A DNA stretch of 64,000 nucleotides. Source: Azolla caroliniana. Taxonomy: Eukaryota; Plantae; Polypodiophyta. Positions 56,701 to 64,000 of this stretch are shown here, piece after piece (position 1 is the stretch's first letter; each line of letters opens with the position of its first letter). The DNA is taken from positions 17,794,001 to 17,858,000 of the forward strand of contig JBHGNT010000005.1 in the NCBI GenBank assembly GCA_043228905.1. Reading direction: 5' to 3'. The position numbers and the translations under genes were made by a program. The notes under the pieces were generated by a model. It did no database searches. It worked only from the letters and a program-made list of their open reading frames with translations, and was not told where the DNA came from.

Positions 56701-59467
56701 ATGAGTGAAGATTCACCGTTCTCGATTGAAGAATATTGTTTGTCATCAGACTCTTCATTTTCTACCGAAGAGTATTGTTTGTCGACAGACTCGCCATTTT
56801 CTATTGAAGAATATTGTCTATCGACAGACTCACCATATTCTATCAAAGAGTATTGTCTAAGCTCATCTTCACCTACAACGAATGTGAATAATGACACATG
56901 TGAAGAGTTCTCTATTGAAGAATACGGTATTAAGATACGGAGAATGAAGGTAGTGCTAATGAAACATCGAATATCATGGGTGATGGTCACAACAAAGAAT
57001 TGGATAGTGACAACTTCTATGCAGGAAGAGAAATCTGGAAGCCCTATGCATATTAGAAGAATCCCACGAAGAATTCGTCTAGCTATATTTAACTTGGTGA
57101 CATCAAATAAACATATTGGATTTGATGTCAACAAAATATGTTGTGCCCGTGGTTGTATGTCTATGATTGGAAAATCAAAGTTGCGAGAATTACGACGATA
57201 CTATTTTTTGATGACTGGTGATGAGCAAGACACTTACCTCGGGTCACATATGCAACTAGTGTCGGACAAATGTACGGGGATCAAAGTATCATTCGAGTAT
57301 TATATCTTCCATGTGCAATAGGTAGAGTTGCATTCAAAATTGCGTTATGTGTTAGTAACATTCGGCTACATAGAGTACAACAAGGTCTACTTAGCGGGGA
57401 TTAGATGCTCAATTGTAAAGAGTTTCCAAGTATGAAAGGTGCAATTGGAAGACATGCTATTGGTTGGATGAAAAGTTACTTTCAGTTAAATTGTGAAGTA
57501 ATGCCCACTATAGGTAGGATGCACCTCTCTGATAATTACACATGTCGGGAAGTTTATGATGTCTATCGATTTGATATGGTGAGCTCACGTAATAAGTTTG
57601 TCACATATAGCCAATTCACAAGATTATGGAGAGCTCGGTTTTCAAATGTTATCATTCCACGTAAAGTACGCATAGGGTATTGCTCCATTTGTGCAAATCT
57701 TAAAAGTTTGGCTAAAGGTGCAAAGACATCAATGGAAACGGATATGAGTAAGAAGTTACTACAAGAGCATCGTGAGGCACAATCGTTAGAATGAAAGAAG
57801 GCGATGCATCATAGAGAGAAGTGTTTGAAGAGGCCTGAACAATACATGTGCTTAATGATAGATGGCATGGACCATAAGAAGACGTGCTTGCGGCATATGC
57901 GGAGGCTCCCCAAAGACGTCAATGATGAGTGCCTTGTTCAAATGCACTTGGTGGGATGCTTGACTTATAATAGGTCAGTTGGACCTCACATCTTCATTAC
58001 ATACCCCAATGTTCAGAATGACCCTAACCTGATAGTTACAGTGATTCACCGAGTTTTGATGTCTTGGGGCCAACCTTTCCCCCCTATTCTATACATTCAA
58101 TTGGACAATACTGCTAGAGAGAACAAAAATTCAAATGTGTTTGGCTATCTAAGTATGTTGGTCAACCAAAGATTGTTTAGAAAAGTGAAAGTCAATTTTC
58201 TTTTGGTTGGCCACACACATGATTATATAGATCAGATGTTTAACACATTCTCTAGACAGTTGTCTTGGCATGATACTTTCACATTACCTAAACTATTTGA
58301 TGTCATTTGTGATGCATATACACCACGCCCAAAAGTGTTACACTTGAAGGAGGTATATGACTTTAAGAGATATATATCAGATGGGGGTGTTGGGAATGTT
58401 AAAGTGCTTGCCCAGTTAAACAATATAAGCTTCAATCACATTTTTATGATAAAGAAAAATGAAATAAGTGGTTCTACACTTTTGTATGCTAAACAATATT
58501 CATCTTCTACAACATGGGAACCTGAAGGTGGTTGCCAGTTATTACTTTGTATGCTGAGTACAATTGTCCATGGAGCTAAGCAAATGCCAATTGAGAAGAA
58601 AGGACAGTTGCAGAGTGACTTGGTATCGGAACAAAAATGGTTATGGCTTCAATCCTTAGAAGAAAAAAGAAAGCATATTGAGGCCGCCAAGAAATATGCT
58701 GCACAACAAGACACATCATGGTGGGATGTATTTTATAGTGATAAAAAAGGAATTATAGACAATTGTGTATTTGGTGATAATTGGAATTTGGAAACACCAT
58801 TCACATGGTCGCTGCAACATGATCGTGTAAATAGAACTCCGGAGCACCAGCAAATGCGATTAATGATAGTTTGGTCCATTCACAACAAAGAGACATTTAT
58901 GTGGGACCAAGGATGACCAAAGTAGTCGAAGCTAGATGGCAAGGCAATTTGCAAGAGCTCACGGCGGGGATGTTGATTGCAACGCCGACTGATGAGAACT
59001 CACATGGCCAACAATTTTGGGTTGGTAAAATTCTAGAAGTGTTAATGCATGAAATAGAAAACACGATCAAGTCTATAAACATTCATTGGTACAACACTAG
59101 AAGTGCAAATGCTTTTACAGGCAAGTATACATTGGAGATGATTGAATGCCCAACAAGAAGGGGAGGTAGGAAGAGGAAGCGAAACATTCGTAACACCTCG
59201 ACCCTTGATATCTCTGATGTGGATATCATTGTGTACGACTTCACACTTACAAAAGCCGGACGATTAAGGAAGTCAATAATAGATATAATAAAAGAAAAAT
59301 TACCAGGTCTACAAGGTGGCTCCAGTCAAAGGCAAACGAGATCTGCTACATATAATCTAGAGTCAAACCATTTGGTTTATGATGAAGATAATGCATTGAT
59401 TGGTACATCCAAGGATGACGAGGAGGAATCGTCATTGTATATTAGTTATAGTAGTGATTCTCCGTAA
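56701..59467 (+). pseudogene. Second copy of the Sola1-like transposase; right TIR at 59772-59807
   Basis: Same ORF pieces and lesions as 36068-38834. Confidence 0.82.
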
Positions 59468-60429
59468 AGGAATGATCATGAATGTATTTTTGGCTATTAA
59501 GTGTAACTACATTCCGCTTGTAACAAATCGAGTAATATAAAAGCATGTGTTTTGAATTCTTATGATTTCTAAAAAATCGTTTCTTATAAAATTATATTGG
59601 TTGTAAAGTTTGTGATATAAATTGAGAATGTAACTTCTAAATCATGAAAATAGTGGATTTGTAACTTTTTTCATAGTATGTTTGAACATCTATGATACTG
59701 GTATTAATGTGTTTTGTAAAATCATTGAAAAAGCCCTAAAATCAACCAAAAATTTCCTTATCCTTCCATTTATGTGCGATGCTTCCACTTGTGAACGCAA
59801 ATGTGTTAAATGATGGTAAGAATAGATTGTTTATTTCAGAGGTTCGTGCTAATGAGGTGGATAGGAGTAAATTGTATGGTTGTAAAACCGTGAAATGGAC
59901 GCGGAAGACCCATTGTGTTTTAGGGTTTAGTTGCAAGGACACAACACAATTGTTATTCCGCAGTTTATCGTGCTTTTGTTCCATGTGTTTAGATGAAGCT
60001 TGGGATGAATGCACCAATCTATCGATTGTGGAGCCATAGAAACTACATAAGCTTGAGATAGAACAATGTGTGGAACATTAAGACAATATTGTCTACTGGG
60101 TGAAAGCATGCGAGTGGAAACAATTAGCTATGTCCTTGACATAGCTAATTAGATATGCAAAAGCTACCATTGATAAATAGTCATTTTTTGCAAAAAGCTA
60201 CCATTGATAAATTAGCTATGCAAGCTACCATTGAAAGTAGTAGAGAGTTTTAATTATATAAATGAGCACCATAAATGTGCAACATAAACGTGCAATATAA
60301 ATTGATATGTGCACCATAAATTATATACCGAATTCCTAGGTCCATTATGCGTGATCCTTTGCCACATCACGTGGGCCATCTCTGGTTGAGTATTTTGGCT
60401 TAGATTACTACCACTGTTGCTAAACTCTA

Positions 60430-61241
60430 TCGAGTCCACTCCTCCATTCCCGCCATTCTACACCTAGTTACCGGCACTGTGCGGTCCAAATATCATCTGC
60501 CACTGTTCGATCCGACGGAGTTCACTCCTCAGTTGCCGCCATTCTACACTCAGTTGCCGCCACTGTTCAGTCCAAGCATCATCTGCCAAGTTCACTCCTC
60601 CATTGCCGCCATTCTACACTCAGTTGCCACCATTGTTCAGTCTAAGCATCATCTACCAAGTTCACTCCTCCATTGCCGCCACTCTACACTCAGTTGCCAC
60701 TACTGTTTGGACGTGTATTGCCGCCACTTTTTGATTCGAGGGAGTTCACTCCCTCACTGTTGCCATTGTACTCTCAGTTGCCGTCACTGTGCGTTCCAAG
60801 CATCATCTACCACTGTTCGATCTGACGGAGTTCACTCCTCCATTGCCATCATTCTACACTCAGTTGCCGCTATTGTTTGGTCCTGGATTGCTGCCACTTT
60901 TCGATTTGACGGAGTTCACTCATCCATTGCCATCATTCTACACTCAGTTGCCGCTACTATTCGGTCATGTATTGCTGCCACTTTTCAATTCGAAGGAGTT
61001 CACTCCTTCTCCACTATTATCATTCTACTCTCAGTTGTCATCATGTGCGTTCCAAGCATCATCTGCCATTGTTCGATCCGACGGAATTCACTGCTCCATT
61101 GCCATCATTCTACACTCAGTTGCCGCCATTGTTCGGTCCTAGATTGCCACAACTGTTCGATCAAACGGAGTTCACTCCTCCACTGCCGCCATTCTACACT
61201 CAATTGCCGCCATTATTCGGCCCTAGATTACCGCCATTGTT
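60430..61241. repeat. 70-86-bp tandem array, copy with its native downstream flank
   Basis: Matches 39797-40608 and continues into unique sequence. Confidence 0.92.
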
Positions 61242-61404
61242 CGATCTTGGATTTAAATAACTATTCTGTCTATTGATTATCTTGTGTATTGTTGTGTATA
61301 ATCTTGTGTATTGCAGAATATTTTTGTGTATTGTTGTTGCCCATAGCCATCTATAATACATGTCTTTTTTTCGGGAAAATTAGGGTTTAAACCTGTCAAG
61401 CCAA

Positions 61405-62166
61405 ATGGAAGGGGAAGGAGGGTGTTTAGAATTACCCCTCAATGATCATTAGGATAGGGATGACACTATCAAGACACACCAAGCGATACGAAAGTATTGG
61501 GAAGAAAAGAAAAGAAAACATTGTCAATTGTTAAAGGATACGAAAGCCACATTCACTAAAGGTAAAGATAGTATTGGTTGCGATATAGGTCTAAATATCA
61601 CTGACAATGGAAGTAATGAGACTATTATCATAAAGAGAAAGGTTGTAGACTATTTCAATGTTCAAACCAAGCACATCAGCAATGAAGACAAGAAGGTAGT
61701 ACTTTATGGAATATTAAATGATCCATCGATAAAGGAGTTAGTTGATTGTGATGGTCTTAATGCAAACATAACATATGTACTAGTAAATAATCTCCGTAAT
61801 AGTTTCGTATCCATGAGCAGGTCAGAAGATGATCTTGTCTTAAAAAGGTCTAGTCTAATGATGTTACTTATTAGTGATGTTGACGATATTAACATCAATG
61901 TGCTATCTAAGGTAATTGGTGTTAGTAGAAAAAGTGTGTACAATACATTGAACCAGATAGTTTTGTCGAGTGAAGGAACTAGTCTACTAAAGCTAACAAC
62001 AAGATGTAAGCCAATGACACCCATAACATCAGAAATCAATGATATAATCACAATATTTTGGACTAATGAGAGTAGGGTTTCACCCAATAAGAAGGATTTA
62101 TGAAGGAAACGTGTTGGAAGGAGTCAATACGAGGAGCATCCCATTCAACTTCTTGATGTACCTCAA
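61405..62166 (+). pseudogene. N-terminal exon of a probable Sola2-like transposase
   Basis: ATG 61405 in frame with ORF 61528-62103; HTH-like INVLSKVIGVSRKSVYN, then FWTNESRVSPNKKDL*RKRVGRSQYEEHPIQLLDVPQ and a GT donor at 62167; two in-frame stops. Confidence 0.55.
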
Positions 62167-62204
62167 GTATTTACATTTATCTCAACATTTGTTTTGACTT
62201 TTGA

Positions 62205-63672
62205 GCTTAGTTAGTTAACTTATTAGCTACCAGAATAGCTAATTACCTACCTCAGAATATGACCATAACTAACTAGCTACCAGTAATAACTAATTAGCTC
62301 CCTAAGAGTATCGAACATAGCTATTTAGCTACCAGAATAGCTAATTAGCTACCAATCATAGCTATTTAGCTACCACAATAGCTAATTAGCGACCTATAAC
62401 AATAGTTATTTAACTACAAGACTAGCTAATTAGCTACTTATGACTATAGCTAATTAGCTGCCAAAATAGTTAATCCCCTTCTAGAATAGCTACTTAGCTA
62501 CCTAAGAATATGAGCATAACTATTTAGCTACAAGAATAGCTAATTAGATGTGTATGACTAGCTAATTAGCTACTAGAATAGCTAACTAGCTAATTAGTTG
62601 CATATGACTATAGCTAATTAGCTAACTAGCTATTCGCAATAGCTAATTTAGTTATTACCAGCTAATTAGTTGCTAGGATAACTACTTAGCTATCAAAATA
62701 ACTAATTAGCTGCCTATGATTATAACTAATTAGCTACTAGAATAGCTAACTAACTATTCCCAATAGTTAATTAGTTATTACCAGCTAATTTAGCTATTAC
62801 CAACTATTTAACTACTTGGATAGCTAATTAGCAACCAAAATAGCTAATTAGCTACCAGAATAGCTAATTAGCAACCAAAATAGCTAATTAGCAACCAAAA
62901 TAGCTAATTAGCTATGTAAGAATATGAGCATAGATATTTAGCTACCAGAATAGCTAATTAGCTACCAAAATAGCTAATTAGCTAACTAGCTAATTAGTTG
63001 CATATGACTATAGCTAATTAACTACCAGATTAGCTAACTAGCTATTCGCAATAGCTAATTTAGTTATTATCAACTAATTTGTTGCTAGGATAGCTAATTA
63101 GCTACCAATCATAGTATTTAACTATCAGAATAGTTAATTAGCTGCCTATGATTATAGCTAATTAGCTACTAGAATAGCTAACTAACTATTCCCAATAGCT
63201 AATTAGTTATTACCAACTAATTTAGCTATTACCAGCTATTTAACTGCCATGATAGCTAATTAGTAACCAAAATAGCTAATTAGCTACCAATCATAGCAAA
63301 TTAGCTAGCACTCTCAGCTAATTAGCTACCAGAATAGCTAATTAGCTGCCTCTGACTATAGTTATTTAGCTATTAGAATGGCTACTTAGCTACCTATGAA
63401 TATGAGCATAGCTATTTAGCTACCAGAATAGCTAATTAGCTATGTATGACTAGCTAATTAGCTACAAGAATAGTTAACTAGCTAACTAGCTAATTAGTTG
63501 CATATGACTATAGCTAATTAGCTACCAGATTAGCTAACTAGCTATTCGCAATAGCTAATTTAGCTATTACCAACTAATTAGTTGCTAGGATAGCTAATTA
63601 GCTACCAGAATAGCTAATTAGCTACCAATCATAGCTAACTAACTATTCCCAATAGCTAATTAGTTATTACCA
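62205..63672. repeat. Degenerate tandem array built on the palindrome TAGCTAATTAGCTA
   Basis: About 20-bp base unit ATAGCTAATTAGCTACCAGA with higher-order blocks repeated. Confidence 0.92.
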
Positions 63673-63679
63673 TCTAAAA

Positions 63680-64000
63680 GCTGAGGCAGTCCGGACGATT
63701 GTCTACATCCAAAACCAGATCGGTGACAAGGTGTTAGCACACGAGCTGTATTTCGGGCGGAAGCCGAATTTGAGGCACCTTCAGATCTTCGGTAGCATAG
63801 CATATGTGCATGTATCGGATGAGAAGCGGAGGAAGCTGGATCCAAAGTCAGAGAAGTGCATCCTAGTCGGTTACTCGCATGAGTAGAAGGGGTATAAGTG
63901 TTATAACCCCCAGACTAAACAGGTCCGAGTAAGCCGAGATGTCAAGTTTGATGAATCAGCATCATGGTACTCTCTACCGACTCCAACTTCTGACTCCGAC
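63680..64000 (+). mobile_element. Ty1/Copia integrase C-terminal fragment (runs off window)
   Basis: AEAVRTIVYIQN...FGRKPNLRHLQIFGSIAYVHV...KLDPKSEKCILVGY...*KGYKCYNP...VSRDVKFDE. Confidence 0.92.

Larger units (their letters stand above)
52105..61241 (+). repeat. Segmental duplication block B' (matches 31472-40608)
   Basis: Constant offset 20633; one SNP noticed (32927 A vs 53560 G). Confidence 0.97.

Noticed and set aside
60479-61276. 265-aa His/Cys-rich ORF and overlapping ORFs
   Set aside because: Stop-poor translations of the 70-86-bp tandem array in all three frames; no domain signal.

Overview
Repeat-rich land-plant nuclear DNA (fern-like by element content; inferred). It holds two intron-containing host genes: a tandem-CCCH zinc-finger gene (7941-10324) and an 8-exon calcium-dependent protein kinase (23222-26301). 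Around them lie a near-complete LINE and its truncated copies, two dead U6 snRNA copies, a tRNA-like SINE head, hAT-type MITEs with 8-bp TSDs, an L1 remnant and a Copia fragment. The main feature is a 9.47-kb TIR DNA transposon (29703-39174; 36-bp TIRs, AAAT TSD) inserted into an older Sola2-like transposase. It carries two divergent genes. One is a Sola1-like DDD transposase with a BAH-like C-terminal region. The other is a spliced gene fusing a ParB/Srx-like domain to a prokaryotic-type beta-class amino-DNA methyltransferase (DIPY...FSGTG); its first intron holds 14 copies of a 29-bp palindrome on a 51-bp period. Both genes are disabled in this copy. The right half of the window is a recent complex duplication: 10196-21714 is copied at 40605-52107 and 31472-40608 at 52105-61241, joined by 3-4 bp microhomologies and skipping the CDPK gene. 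All domain and family calls are by-eye motif recognition, not database searches.
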